Shown: positions 11,108-21,952 of the stretch, piece by piece
Numbering within the stretch: position 1 is the stretch's first letter
How the letters are laid out: every line of letters begins with the position of its first letter
Source of the DNA: Spirochaetaceae bacterium
Lineage (GTDB): Bacteria > Spirochaetota > Spirochaetia > DSM-2461
DNA: 64,000 nt
Reading direction: 5' to 3'
Assembly (NCBI GenBank): GCA_051531975.1
Contig: JAOPTT010000010.1
Location: 160,001-224,000 of the forward strand
Notes under the pieces: model-generated
Database searches by the model: none
Told to the model about the DNA's origin: nothing
What the model saw: the letters and a program-made list of their open reading frames with translations, nothing else
Made by a program: the position numbers and the translations under genes

Positions 11108-13264
11108 ATGAGAATAAAGAATAAACTTACCACTGTACAACTAATAATGACCATAACACTTCTGCTTTCAATATTTATATTCACTTTACATATGCAAAAG
11201 GTTGTTAAAGTAAAAAACGCAGTTATTGTTTTAAATCACCTTGATACTGAGATTACAAAATTTAATTGGTATATAAAATCGTTAGCTTATGTAAGGGTTG
11301 AAAGTAATGTAATTCAAGAACAACTAGGTAGTAGAACTTTAATACAAAAAAGGTTTATTGATGAAATAAAAAGGTCTTCTCTATATAACAATGCAACTAC
11401 AAGGGACATATTAAAGGATTTAAATGTCTCTTTTACTTTATTAACTAGTAAATCAATTTCAAGTTTTACAAAACATATAATTACTTTAGATGATGAATAT
11501 AAAGAAACAGATGCAAAACGTTTAATACAAGAAGTTGGTATAAAGGACGCTCTGGCAAAAGCAAAATTGATTCCCATAGGAACAAATGAAGAAAGTTCTG
11601 GTACAAACGAACTAATAGTTCTTTTATATAAAATAGATTTTGCGAATAAAGAGATAGTAAAAGAGTATGCAGCGTACCATGAGTTATGGAAAACTGTAAA
11701 AGTATCATGTGATACCAGATTAGATGAAATACAAAGAAAATCTATTATTTCAACAGTAATGTTACTTATTTTTGTTATAGGAATTGCCCTCTACTTTAAT
11801 AGTAAAATAACAAATGTTATTACTATTAACTTAAATGAGTTAAATTCATCCTTAGCCAAAATGACCGATGGAGACTTTACTTCAAGTGTACACATTGCTG
11901 CAGGGGATGAATTTGGAGACTTAGCGCGGAACTTCAATGATTTTATAGCATCACTCTGGAAAAAACTTGACTCAATGAATGTTATTATGGCTGATATTGG
12001 TAATGCCATGAACGAAGAGCTTAATCTGACAAAAATACAGACAAATATTCTATCAAATGTGACTAACCACATTGTTTCAGACTCTGCTGCTTTATTCACA
12101 TTAAAAGACGGGGAAATAAAAATTACTTCATCAAAAGGACATTTTCCTCCCTTTTTTCCAATTGAAGAGGATCTAAGTTCAGATAGACCTAAAGCAGGTA
12201 GATACCTATACGAAAATGTTATTCCAATAGATACTCCAATTCTTGTAAAAGTTATGGAGAGCCAAAAACCTATGCTTATCCGAGAATGTTTAAATCATCC
12301 TGACTTTCCCCAATGTAGAGATAAAAAATCGGCATTATATATAAACTCACTAATGATGGTACCTCTAATGAATGCTGGTGAGATTATAGGTGGATTTGTC
12401 GTGATGAGAACATCAAATCCTAAACCATTTTCAGATTTAGATTTCTCAAACTTCTCATCCTTTAGTGATTATACAGCATTAACGCTGGATACTCTGGACA
12501 AATATAATGAACTTCTAGAAAAATTTGAGATGCAAAAAGAGATTGGTGTTGCTGCGGATATCCAGCAGAGTCTTGTTCCAGGGAAAATGCCTAAAATTAA
12601 AGGGATTACTTCTAGTGCATATACACTTGCAGCCAAAGGGGTAAGTGGAGACTATTACGACTTCTTTAGAATGAATAAAAATACAATCGGAGCTACAGTT
12701 TGTGATGTTGCCGGCAAAGGTGTTCCTGCATCATTAGTAATGGTAATGATTAGGACAATATTAAGGTTAGTATCCTCTCCTAAACGAGGGGCTGCTGAAA
12801 CACTTACAATGTTAAATAAAAGTATTTGCGGTAAAATTGATGTTGATCGATATGCAACTATGGCATTTTTTAAGATTGATTTAGAGAAGATGAAGTTAAA
12901 TTATTCAAATGCAGCCCATCACCCTATACAGATTTATAGGCAAAAAACACAGAAATTTTATGCAGTAGATTCTCCAGGATTACCAGTAGGTATTGATAGT
13001 ACTGCTGTATTTAAAGAGAAAAGAATCAGTTTAGACCCAGGGGATGTAATATTTATGTATACCGATGGTTTCCCAGAAGCAAGAAACCCAAATGGAGATG
13101 AGTATTCAACTCAAAGAATGTTAAGAGAAATTAGACTTCACTCTAACTTAAGTGCTCCAAAGATTCTTGATAGTGTAATAACTGATATGCATAAATTTAC
13201 TGCCCGTGCAAAACAGCATGACGACCAGACAATTCTAATTATTAAAATTGATGAGGATAAATAA
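11108..13264 (+). CDS. Membrane HAMP-GAF-PP2C (SpoIIE/RsbU-like) phosphatase
   Basis: Two TM helices, HAMP (GDEFGDLARNFN), GAF, PP2C motifs GDYYD, DVAGKG, TDG, DDQT. Confidence 0.9.
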   Translation: MRIKNKLTTVQLIMTITLLLSIFIFTLHMQKVVKVKNAVIVLNHLDTEITKFNWYIKSLAYVRVESNVIQEQLGSRTLIQKRFIDEIKRSSLYNNATTRDILKDLNVSFTLLTSKSISSFTKHIITLDDEYKETDAKRLIQEVGIKDALAKAKLIPIGTNEESSGTNELIVLLYKIDFANKEIVKEYAAYHELWKTVKVSCDTRLDEIQRKSIISTVMLLIFVIGIALYFNSKITNVITINLNELNSSLAKMTDGDFTSSVHIAAGDEFGDLARNFNDFIASLWKKLDSMNVIMADIGNAMNEELNLTKIQTNILSNVTNHIVSDSAALFTLKDGEIKITSSKGHFPPFFPIEEDLSSDRPKAGRYLYENVIPIDTPILVKVMESQKPMLIRECLNHPDFPQCRDKKSALYINSLMMVPLMNAGEIIGGFVVMRTSNPKPFSDLDFSNFSSFSDYTALTLDTLDKYNELLEKFEMQKEIGVAADIQQSLVPGKMPKIKGITSSAYTLAAKGVSGDYYDFFRMNKNTIGATVCDVAGKGVPASLVMVMIRTILRLVSSPKRGAAETLTMLNKSICGKIDVDRYATMAFFKIDLEKMKLNYSNAAHHPIQIYRQKTQKFYAVDSPGLPVGIDSTAVFKEKRISLDPGDVIFMYTDGFPEARNPNGDEYSTQRMLREIRLHSNLSAPKILDSVITDMHKFTARAKQHDDQTILIIKIDEDK

Positions 13265-13267
13265 AAG

Positions 13268-15409
13268 ATGAAAATACAGACTAAAATTACCCTGATTCAA
13301 TTAACAACAGTATTATGTATACTCTTCTCTATTTTTATTTTATATACATCTTTTAATAACATACAAAAGTTAAAAAATATTCAGGTAGAGTTTAACCGTT
13401 TAGTAGATATGGGTGATAGTTTAAGTGAACTATTCTCGAACTCTCTTTATACCGACGAAAATATTGTAGATTATAGTCTTCGTATAACCAGTAAACATGA
13501 TGAATTATTAACTCTTTTAGATTATTTATATGATAAAATCACTACAAATCATAAGGACTTAGAAGAGAGTTTTAAAAAGTTTTATTACACGTGGTCACAA
13601 CAAAATGCATCATATTATTTACCTATTACCAGTACTTTTAGAGGGCTAATTGATCCCAATTCTGGATGGATTCCAATTATTGCAAGTAATGGAATTATAA
13701 AAAGTTATGATATAATTTATGAAAGAATGAAAAGTGATAATACACTTACTTCAAAATTTACGACTTTAAGACAACTAATTACTCAGATTGAGGCTCAAGA
13801 TTATAGTTATTTATCTATTGATACCTTAATTGTTGTTGTACAAGATGATCTTATATATGAGGTAGATAGAAATATCGCAACCAACACACTCTTTCTTATT
13901 TTCTTTACAATTGTAATTGTTATTGCAGCAATGAATTTAAGCTTACGAGTAGCAAGAAGTTTAATAAGTAAAGTTAACAATGTTGAAACATCTATTGAAC
14001 AAATCTCAGAAGGAGACCTTTCAGTTCAAGCCCACGATAATAGTGGTGATGAGTTTAGTGTACTTACACAGAACTTCAACCAATTAACCTCCATGTTAGT
14101 AGGTAAAACAGCATCGATGAGAGAGTTAATGAACGAAGTAAGTTCTATAATATCCGAATCTGTAAATATTGATGCTTTATTAGCTAAAATAACACAATTA
14201 GCAAAAGATTCATCAAATGCGGATACTGCTGTAATTCTTTTAGTTGATAAATTTACAGATGTTTTAAAAGTAGAACATATGGAAGGTTTTTTTCCTCCCC
14301 CATTCTCAGTATCAGTATCAGTTAGATCAAAAAGAGCTCTAATTGAGGAAAAATTAAAATCTACACCAATTGCATTTGGAAGTACATATCTATCTAGTGA
14401 ATCCGTTTTAAAAGGCTCATCATTGTTTATTAAAGATACCCAGCTTGAAACTGATAAACTTCCTTTAAACTCAAATCCACAGGATATTTTATTTATTAAA
14501 TCAAGTATGACTATTCCTTTAGTTGTTTCAAATAAACTTCTAGGTGTTATATCACTTGCTAAAACCCAAAGAGATGATACATTTTCAGACTTAGATTTCT
14601 CAAATATGGTATCTTTTATGGAGTATGTATCGTTAACAATTGATAATATCTATAAATATATGGAACTTCTTGAAAAAACAGAGCTTAAAAGAGAGATGAA
14701 TATTGCGTCTCAGATTCAATCTCAGTTACTTCCTAAAAAAATTCCAGTACTTCCTAATATCGATGTTTCTGCATTTTCTGAAAGTGCTAGAGGTATTAGT
14801 GGTGACTACTACGATATTTACAAAATATCTAAAAGTAAAAGTGTTGCAACAGTTTGTGATGTTGCAGGTAAAGGTATCGCTGCTGCCCTAGTATTAGTAA
14901 TTATTCGAACTATACTTCAGTTAGCATCAAATAGTAAATCTACAGCAAAAGATCTACTAACATTTCTAAATAAAAGTATTTCAGATAGAGTTAAAACAGA
15001 CTATTTTGCAACACTATCAGTATTAGTTTACGATGATGATAAAGATGAACTTACAATTGCAGTTGCTGGAGATACTCCGTTTCTAATTTACCGTAATGCG
15101 AGCCAGAGAGTTGAAAGAATAAATCATGATGATGTTCCAGTAGGTATAGATAACACAACTGTATATACAAACAAAAGTATAAGATTACAAGATGATGATG
15201 TATTGTATATGTTCTCAGATGGTCTACTAGAAGTTAGAAATGACTTTAATGATGTATTCACAATTGAAGAGCTAGAATCATTCATATTAGAGAACTCAAA
15301 CAATAGAACTGAGACAATATCACTGCTATTAAAGAATTATTTAAATGAGTTTAGAGGATCTAGAAACAGAGTAGATGATGAAACTGTAATTATTTTTAAG
15401 AAGATTTAG
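13268..15409 (+). CDS. Membrane HAMP-GAF-PP2C (SpoIIE/RsbU-like) phosphatase, paralog of the upstream gene
   Basis: Same architecture; GDEFSVLTQNFN, GDYYD, DVAGKG, SDG, DDET. Confidence 0.9.
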   Translation: MKIQTKITLIQLTTVLCILFSIFILYTSFNNIQKLKNIQVEFNRLVDMGDSLSELFSNSLYTDENIVDYSLRITSKHDELLTLLDYLYDKITTNHKDLEESFKKFYYTWSQQNASYYLPITSTFRGLIDPNSGWIPIIASNGIIKSYDIIYERMKSDNTLTSKFTTLRQLITQIEAQDYSYLSIDTLIVVVQDDLIYEVDRNIATNTLFLIFFTIVIVIAAMNLSLRVARSLISKVNNVETSIEQISEGDLSVQAHDNSGDEFSVLTQNFNQLTSMLVGKTASMRELMNEVSSIISESVNIDALLAKITQLAKDSSNADTAVILLVDKFTDVLKVEHMEGFFPPPFSVSVSVRSKRALIEEKLKSTPIAFGSTYLSSESVLKGSSLFIKDTQLETDKLPLNSNPQDILFIKSSMTIPLVVSNKLLGVISLAKTQRDDTFSDLDFSNMVSFMEYVSLTIDNIYKYMELLEKTELKREMNIASQIQSQLLPKKIPVLPNIDVSAFSESARGISGDYYDIYKISKSKSVATVCDVAGKGIAAALVLVIIRTILQLASNSKSTAKDLLTFLNKSISDRVKTDYFATLSVLVYDDDKDELTIAVAGDTPFLIYRNASQRVERINHDDVPVGIDNTTVYTNKSIRLQDDDVLYMFSDGLLEVRNDFNDVFTIEELESFILENSNNRTETISLLLKNYLNEFRGSRNRVDDETVIIFKKI

Positions 15410-15893
15410 TTTTTAAAGATACTAGAAGATATACAGATAAAAACAGTAGTGAAAAACCAATAATTCTAGTTACAAAAAATGAGACACCTAATGGGAATAT
15501 TGCGATAATAAAACCTACTATTAGAAATATAATTCCTGCTGAAGTCTCTTTTGTTCTAGCTATAGCTACAACTCCAACTAACATAATTAGAAGGCCTAGA
15601 ACGACAAATATTGCCCCAGATAAAAACCCAGCAACAACCGTTGAATTAAACAATAATAAGCAGCCTAATGTAGTTAAAATCAGGAATCTTAACCCTTCAG
15701 GTACCCACCCCTTCTTATATTTAATTAATGCTAAAAAAGAGATTAATGCATAGATTCCAATAAGAACCATATAACCACCAAGAACAAATAACATAATTGA
15801 TAGAAGTGAATTAGGTTTAATTATTATTACTAAACTCATTATTAACATAATAGAGAATTTTACTGTTTTTAATACATTTTCATTACTAGTCAT
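15396..15893 (-). CDS. Small multi-pass membrane protein (HdeD/DUF308-like)
   Basis: About six hydrophobic helices with repeated G-rich 'LLxNP/IFP' turns. Confidence 0.6.
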   Translation of the reverse strand: MTSNENVLKTVKFSIMLIMSLVIIIKPNSLLSIMLFVLGGYMVLIGIYALISFLALIKYKKGWVPEGLRFLILTTLGCLLLFNSTVVAGFLSGAIFVVLGLLIMLVGVVAIARTKETSAGIIFLIVGFIIAIFPLGVSFFVTRIIGFSLLFLSVYLLVSLKTKSS

Positions 15894-15970
15894 AGGTTAG
15901 TTTATATCATGAGACTTATTTGATCAAACTTTTTATAGATTTTTTTTAAAATGAAAGATAGACTATTATT

Positions 15971-17065
15971 ATGAATGGGACTGAAAGAAATATATTAAAT
16001 TTAATTAGAAAACATAAAAAATTATCCAATACTGAGATAACTAAAATAACTGGCAAACATAAGTCTACAATTTCACCTTGTATACAGTCTCTAATAAATA
16101 ATGAATTTATTACTACAGCTGGAATTGGAACATCAACAAAAAAAGGTGGTAAACCTCCACAATATCTGGAACTAAATTCTAAGAAGTTTTATACCATAGG
16201 TCTTAGTATAGAACCGGAACAGATAACAGTTTTAATTACTGACTTTTGTGGAAATATAATTCAAACCCACTATTCAACGTATAAAGATAAAACATCAAAA
16301 GATGACATAATTTCTGATATAAAAGAATCAATAATTCAGATAATTCAAAAAGAATCGTTAAAAGATTCTCAGATATCAGGTATAGGAATAGGAATCTCTG
16401 CACAAGTAGATAGTAAAAATGGAATAATATATAAATGCGATGGTCTTAATCTGTCTGAAGTTCCATTAAAAGCAGAAATCGAAAAATTATTCCCCTACCC
16501 TGTTGAGCTTATTAATGATGTAAATGCCTCATTATTAGCTGAAAAATGGTTTATTCATGACCCTGAAAATATTAACTATGAAAATGTAATCTACCTTTTT
16601 ATTGGTTCTACTCTAGTAAATATGGGTTTAGGTCTATACCTGAACAGTACACTTTATGAAGGTAGTAATCACCATGCTGGAGAAATGTACTCTTATCAAA
16701 ATGATGTTAGATTAGCTAATTATTCAAATAACAGTCAAGATATTTCTGACTTTAGAATTGATAAAGTAAAAAACTTTCTAGAAATAGACAAAGATGCTAC
16801 AACTGGATTGTTAAATTTATATACTGATATCATTTCTGATAAAATGGTCCAGTGTATAGAGCTTTTAAATCCACAAAAGCTAATTATAGGTGGGAATGTA
16901 ATCTACGCAAAAGACGAATTTTTGACTCCTTTAATTAACGCAATAAAAGTTAAAACAGAAAAATTATTTCAAGGGTATCTGGATGTTGAAATTACAGGCT
17001 CAGAACTAGATGAACTTGCAACTCCCTTAGGAGCAACAACATTAATATTAAAAAGTTATTTTTAG
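15971..17065 (+). CDS. ROK family transcriptional regulator
   Basis: N-terminal HTH, GGKPP linker, GIGI, NDVNA and AGE motifs; lacks the Cys-rich Zn motif. Confidence 0.88.
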   Translation: MNGTERNILNLIRKHKKLSNTEITKITGKHKSTISPCIQSLINNEFITTAGIGTSTKKGGKPPQYLELNSKKFYTIGLSIEPEQITVLITDFCGNIIQTHYSTYKDKTSKDDIISDIKESIIQIIQKESLKDSQISGIGIGISAQVDSKNGIIYKCDGLNLSEVPLKAEIEKLFPYPVELINDVNASLLAEKWFIHDPENINYENVIYLFIGSTLVNMGLGLYLNSTLYEGSNHHAGEMYSYQNDVRLANYSNNSQDISDFRIDKVKNFLEIDKDATTGLLNLYTDIISDKMVQCIELLNPQKLIIGGNVIYAKDEFLTPLINAIKVKTEKLFQGYLDVEITGSELDELATPLGATTLILKSYF

Positions 17066-17077
17066 TATGGGAGCTCT

Positions 17078-18031
17078 ATGAATATAGTAATACTTGATGC
17101 TGCAACACTTGGAAAAGATCTAAACCTCTCTTCTTTTAACGATCTAGGAGAAGTAACTACTTATCAATTTACTAGTGATTCCGATGTTCTAAAACATAGT
17201 AAAAATGCGGATGTATTAGTATTAAATAAAGTAGATTTAAGAGAAAAAGAGTTCAGAGCTCTACCAAAATTAAAATTAATATGCTTAACAGCTACAGGTT
17301 ATAATAATATAGATACTATTAAAGCCAAAGAATTTGGAATTACAGTTTGTAATGTGACTAATTATTCCACGGAATCTGTTGCTCAACATACATTTAGCAT
17401 GCTTTTATATCAACTCCAGCATCTAAAATATTACGATAATTATATTAAGAATAGGGAATATAATAACAATATAGTATTCACAACTATAGAACAAAGTTGG
17501 AATGAGATTCATGGAAAAAACTGGGGTATAATCGGTCTTGGTAATATTGGACGAAAAGTTGCAAATATAGCAGATGCTTTTGGGGCTAATATTTTTTTTA
17601 CATCAACTACTGGTATAAAAAGAGATGAAGATTATACAGAGGTATCTTTAAAAGTCCTAATGAAAACATGTGATATTATTTCAATCCATGCACCACTGAA
17701 TAACAGAACTATAGATCTTATATCTTTTCCTGAATTAGAATTAGCAAAAAAGAATCTGATTATTATGAATTTAGGCCGGGGTGGAATTATTAACGAAGAA
17801 GCGTTAGCTTATGCTTTAGATAATGATCAGATAAAAGCTGCTTGTATAGATGTATTAACAACTGAACCTGTAAAAAATGATAATCCACTAATAAATATAG
17901 TGCAAAAAGAGAAACTATTTATTACTCCGCATATTGCTTGGGCTAGTATAGAATCTAGAAACAGAGTTATATCAGAGATATGTAAAAATATCTCAGCATA
18001 TTTTAGTGGTAATATTAGAAACCAAGTTTAA
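17078..18031 (+). CDS. D-2-hydroxyacid dehydrogenase (glycerate dehydrogenase-like)
   Basis: ATGYNNID, GIIGLGNIG, NLGRG, DVLTTEP, TPHIAW. Confidence 0.92.
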   Translation: MNIVILDAATLGKDLNLSSFNDLGEVTTYQFTSDSDVLKHSKNADVLVLNKVDLREKEFRALPKLKLICLTATGYNNIDTIKAKEFGITVCNVTNYSTESVAQHTFSMLLYQLQHLKYYDNYIKNREYNNNIVFTTIEQSWNEIHGKNWGIIGLGNIGRKVANIADAFGANIFFTSTTGIKRDEDYTEVSLKVLMKTCDIISIHAPLNNRTIDLISFPELELAKKNLIIMNLGRGGIINEEALAYALDNDQIKAACIDVLTTEPVKNDNPLINIVQKEKLFITPHIAWASIESRNRVISEICKNISAYFSGNIRNQV

Positions 18032-19044
18032 GATAGTTGATCATCAATAAAATACATATTTGTTAAGCCCTTACCTTTAACATCAATTGGTTCTCTTTTT
18101 GTAAAATTAAAATTATCCTTAACTCTTAAATAGAAATCCTCTGAGACATTTATAGCCATAGGTTCTGAGTTTGACTCCATTCTTGACGCGATATTAACAG
18201 AATCACCAAAAATATCGTAAATATATTTTTTAGTTCCAACAATACCTCCAACGATATCTCCGGTATGTATACCAATTCGTACTTGCCACTTATTATCAGA
18301 TATACCGTTTCTCTTGATTAAATACTCTTTAATTTCAAGTGCAGCCTTAGCCAAACTAGAGGCACTGCTACAGACACCTAAATATGCATCGCCAATTGTT
18401 TTTATTCTTTCACAGCCGTTTTTATCCATAATCTCATCAAATGCTGTAAACATGTCATTTAGTTCTGTTATTAATGTTCTAGGGGCTAACTGAGTAGCAT
18501 ATTCGGTAAATTTTACAAAATCTGTAAACATAATACTTACATCAGCGAAACTTTGAGGTTCACTTGTCCCATACTCTTTTAACTCCTTTGCAACACTTTC
18601 TGGTAATACATTTAATAGTAGTGCATCAGACTTTCCTCTTTCGATCTCAATATCTTTCTGAATTTGTCTTAATTTTAGATGTGTTGTAACCCTGGCTATA
18701 ACTTCTTCCTTCTGAAAGGGCTTAGATACATAATCAACAGCTCCAGAAGTAAATCCTTTAACTTTATCCTCAATCTGATTTAATGCAGAAATAAATATAA
18801 CAGGAATATCAGCGATAGTTGGGTCAGCTTTTATTTTCTCAATAGTTTCATAACCATTCATACCAGGCATCTTTATATCTAATAATATCAAATCAGGTAG
18901 TGCCTTTTTTGCAATCTGAATAGCTCTCTCACCACTCTTAGCTTGTAGAGGATAAAAACCTTGCTGAGTCAGTGTTTCTGTAAGAACTTTTAAATTCTCT
19001 TCAATATCATCAACTATTAAAATTCTTGATTTACTCTTATCCAT
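18028..19044 (-). CDS. Response-regulator (REC) class III adenylate cyclase
   Basis: REC (IVDD, LLDIKMP, SKPF) plus cyclase motifs FTDFVKFT, KTIGDAY, YDIFGDSVNIASRME. Confidence 0.92.
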   Translation of the reverse strand: MDKSKSRILIVDDIEENLKVLTETLTQQGFYPLQAKSGERAIQIAKKALPDLILLDIKMPGMNGYETIEKIKADPTIADIPVIFISALNQIEDKVKGFTSGAVDYVSKPFQKEEVIARVTTHLKLRQIQKDIEIERGKSDALLLNVLPESVAKELKEYGTSEPQSFADVSIMFTDFVKFTEYATQLAPRTLITELNDMFTAFDEIMDKNGCERIKTIGDAYLGVCSSASSLAKAALEIKEYLIKRNGISDNKWQVRIGIHTGDIVGGIVGTKKYIYDIFGDSVNIASRMESNSEPMAINVSEDFYLRVKDNFNFTKREPIDVKGKGLTNMYFIDDQLS

Positions 19045-19047
19045 AGA

Positions 19048-21852
19048 TCATCCTTGTTTTAGTTTTTCTATTACTATTTGCAAATTATCGTCATCAAAAT
19101 TATCTGTATAGTAGATAACAGTTTCTACAAAAGCTGTAAGTTTTGGTTCATCTTTATAACCATCTAGTATATTTTTAATACCAGCGAAATCATTTATCAA
19201 TGCTAAATCATCAAGTTCATCAATTTGTGTCTCTGGAATAAGTGGAATAATCTCTTTAAAGTTTAGTGAATCTATGGATATTTTTTTTATCACTTCCCTC
19301 TTGGTTTCATAAATAAATTTAATATCACTGCTATCATGTACAAGTCTAAAAAGAGAACTTAATTTAAAAGGTTTAGCAAGAAATCCATCAAATCCAGATT
19401 CTAAAATAGATTTTTCATCATGTTTAAAAGCACTTGCCGTTAAAGCAAAAACAGGAATATCTTTTATAGACTCATCTTCTTTAATTAATTTAACTGCACC
19501 ATAACCATCCAAAACAGGCATTTTAATGTCCATAAATACTAACTCTGGTTTAACTTCTTTTACTCTCTTAACAGCTTCTAGACCATTTTCAGCTTCAATT
19601 GTAACAAAACCGACTCTTTCTAACATCTCTTTTAAAATAAGTCTGTTATTAATTTTATCGTCTACAATCACAACATTAGGATGTCTATCATTTTCAATTC
19701 CTAATACAGTACCAAGGTCATCCTCTTTGTTTTCAGCGCCCTTGGCTAATTCGTAATCGACACCAAATGAGAATGTACTACCAACATCTTCTTTACTCTC
19801 AATTTCAAGTTGACCACCCATCATTTTTATAAAACTATTTGTAATTGCTAAACCTAAACCTGTTCCACCTTCATTATCTGTAATACTAGACTGAGTAAAA
19901 GGTTGTAAGATAGAACTAATTTCATCGGTAGGGATACCTTTTCCAGTATCGTTTACCGAAAATCTAAGTTTGTCATTTTCTATACCAACAACAATTGCAA
20001 TTCCACCCTCTTTTGTGAATTTTATAGCATTACCTAATATATTTATCATAATCTGTCTAAGTTTACCTAAATCGGCTTTAACATATACGGGTATTGGATC
20101 TACATATTCAATATAGAGAGATAGACCTTTATTTTTACATTTAAGTTCAAGCATCTGTTTTAAATCTTCACTAAAATCTCTTAAGTTAAATGTAGTTTCA
20201 TGTAGTTCAATCTTCCCAGCTTCAATTTTTGAGATATCTAAGATGTCGTTAATTAAGGCAAGTAGATGCTCCCCACTTCTGGAAATTGTATTTAACTTAT
20301 CAACCTGACTATCTGTTAAGTTTTTATCTGTATTTAATAGTTGGGTAAAACCTAATACGGCATTTAATGGAGTTCTTAGTTCATGGCTCATGTTTGCTAA
20401 AAACTCACTTTTTAATTCATTGGCTCTCTCTGCTGAAGATTTTGCTTTTTTAAGACTATCTTCAAATTCCAATTGTTTACTAATATCTCTAATAACAGCG
20501 GTATAAATAGCTCCATCAGGGGTTTCTGACCTGCTAAAGTTTGCTTCAAAAGAGACTTTATCACCAGTTGATGTAATTCCACTAAAACGTTGAAGATCGT
20601 CATTTCCCTCTGTTACTACTTTTATAAATTTCTGTTCATCCTCTGCACATATTTTGCAATAATCAGAATCAGGATCAAACAGTTGAATTAAAGAGGTACC
20701 TTTTATCTGTTCACGATCCCAACCAAAAAACAGTTCTGCTGCTGGGTTAAATATGTAGATATGTCCTTTTTCATCGAAACTAACTATCGGGTCTGCTGCA
20801 TTATCAATAACAGAGTGTAATCTTTCCTGGCTTATTCCTAACTCTGTCTCTTGCATATCAATTAATTTATTTATATCGGTATATATAAGACTAAATTCAT
20901 CATTATTAACTATCTCAATTCTTTTTGTCTCTTTTTTAGAATCAGATGTTAACTCTTCCAATCTACTCTCAACTGTTTTAAGAGGATTTTTTATTGATTT
21001 TTTTAATAAGGCTAAAGCTCTTAAGCTCAATAAAAAGTAAATTATGATCTTAAAAACAAGAACATCTACTAAGTCTTCAGTTTTTTTATGTCCTGTTCCC
21101 ATTTTTGTAAAAAACATCTCAGGTTCCATAGCCATCTCGATAACTGTTCCTAAATCTGATTCTACATCACCGTCAATAATGGTCTCATCAGAGGTGACAA
21201 AGTTTTTACTTTGAGCTCTATTATATGCAATATCATAAAAATCAGTTGCAATACTAAATATTTGAAAACCTAAAAATGCTAGTAAAAGAAGCATTGTTTT
21301 ACTCATCTGCCTAAAAAAAGATTGGAATCGAGGTTTAACTTCAGGATAATTTAACATTAAAGCACTTTTAATTGGGAATAATATATCATCTAAACTCATT
21401 ACAATTAGGGTGACAGTAAATAGACCAGTTGCTATTGATTCTGCAATAATATATGTAAAAGGTAAAATACTAAAATTATTTGTTAGGTCATCATGACCAG
21501 ACATTGCTCCAATTAGAAAACCAGAAACACACATTAAAGTGATGATTTTATTCAATTTATTAAAAATATGCATAGATATGTTTTTATGTTTTATTGATAT
21601 AGGTTCACCTCTATTATATTTAGTCCAAAATGAGATTAGAGGTTTTGCATATAAAAAAATTACTAAGTTAATTAATAATACTAGCCCCCAGCTAAAATTG
21701 GCATAAGGAAATGTAAAAAGAGAAGAAATACTATTATGAAATGCAGCTTCAATGTTTTGTCCTTTAAAATCAATTAAAATAATCATCATTATTGGTATAA
21801 AAAAAGTAATTCTAAACATTTTAAACAGTATTTTTTTTTCACATCGATCCAT
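19048..21852 (-). CDS. Membrane-bound PAS hybrid sensor histidine kinase
   Basis: N-terminal TM helices, PAS (FNPAAELFFGW), H-box MSHELRTPLN, N/G1/F/G2 boxes, C-terminal REC (FMDIKMP). Confidence 0.93.
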   Translation of the reverse strand: MDRCEKKILFKMFRITFFIPIMMIILIDFKGQNIEAAFHNSISSLFTFPYANFSWGLVLLINLVIFLYAKPLISFWTKYNRGEPISIKHKNISMHIFNKLNKIITLMCVSGFLIGAMSGHDDLTNNFSILPFTYIIAESIATGLFTVTLIVMSLDDILFPIKSALMLNYPEVKPRFQSFFRQMSKTMLLLLAFLGFQIFSIATDFYDIAYNRAQSKNFVTSDETIIDGDVESDLGTVIEMAMEPEMFFTKMGTGHKKTEDLVDVLVFKIIIYFLLSLRALALLKKSIKNPLKTVESRLEELTSDSKKETKRIEIVNNDEFSLIYTDINKLIDMQETELGISQERLHSVIDNAADPIVSFDEKGHIYIFNPAAELFFGWDREQIKGTSLIQLFDPDSDYCKICAEDEQKFIKVVTEGNDDLQRFSGITSTGDKVSFEANFSRSETPDGAIYTAVIRDISKQLEFEDSLKKAKSSAERANELKSEFLANMSHELRTPLNAVLGFTQLLNTDKNLTDSQVDKLNTISRSGEHLLALINDILDISKIEAGKIELHETTFNLRDFSEDLKQMLELKCKNKGLSLYIEYVDPIPVYVKADLGKLRQIMINILGNAIKFTKEGGIAIVVGIENDKLRFSVNDTGKGIPTDEISSILQPFTQSSITDNEGGTGLGLAITNSFIKMMGGQLEIESKEDVGSTFSFGVDYELAKGAENKEDDLGTVLGIENDRHPNVVIVDDKINNRLILKEMLERVGFVTIEAENGLEAVKRVKEVKPELVFMDIKMPVLDGYGAVKLIKEDESIKDIPVFALTASAFKHDEKSILESGFDGFLAKPFKLSSLFRLVHDSSDIKFIYETKREVIKKISIDSLNFKEIIPLIPETQIDELDDLALINDFAGIKNILDGYKDEPKLTAFVETVIYYTDNFDDDNLQIVIEKLKQG

Positions 21853-21952
21853 TCAATCCACCATATTATAAACAAGTTATATAAAATATAACACTTTTAT
21901 TTACAAAAGCGTATTAAAAGAATATAAATTACATATTAAGTTGGAGTTATAG

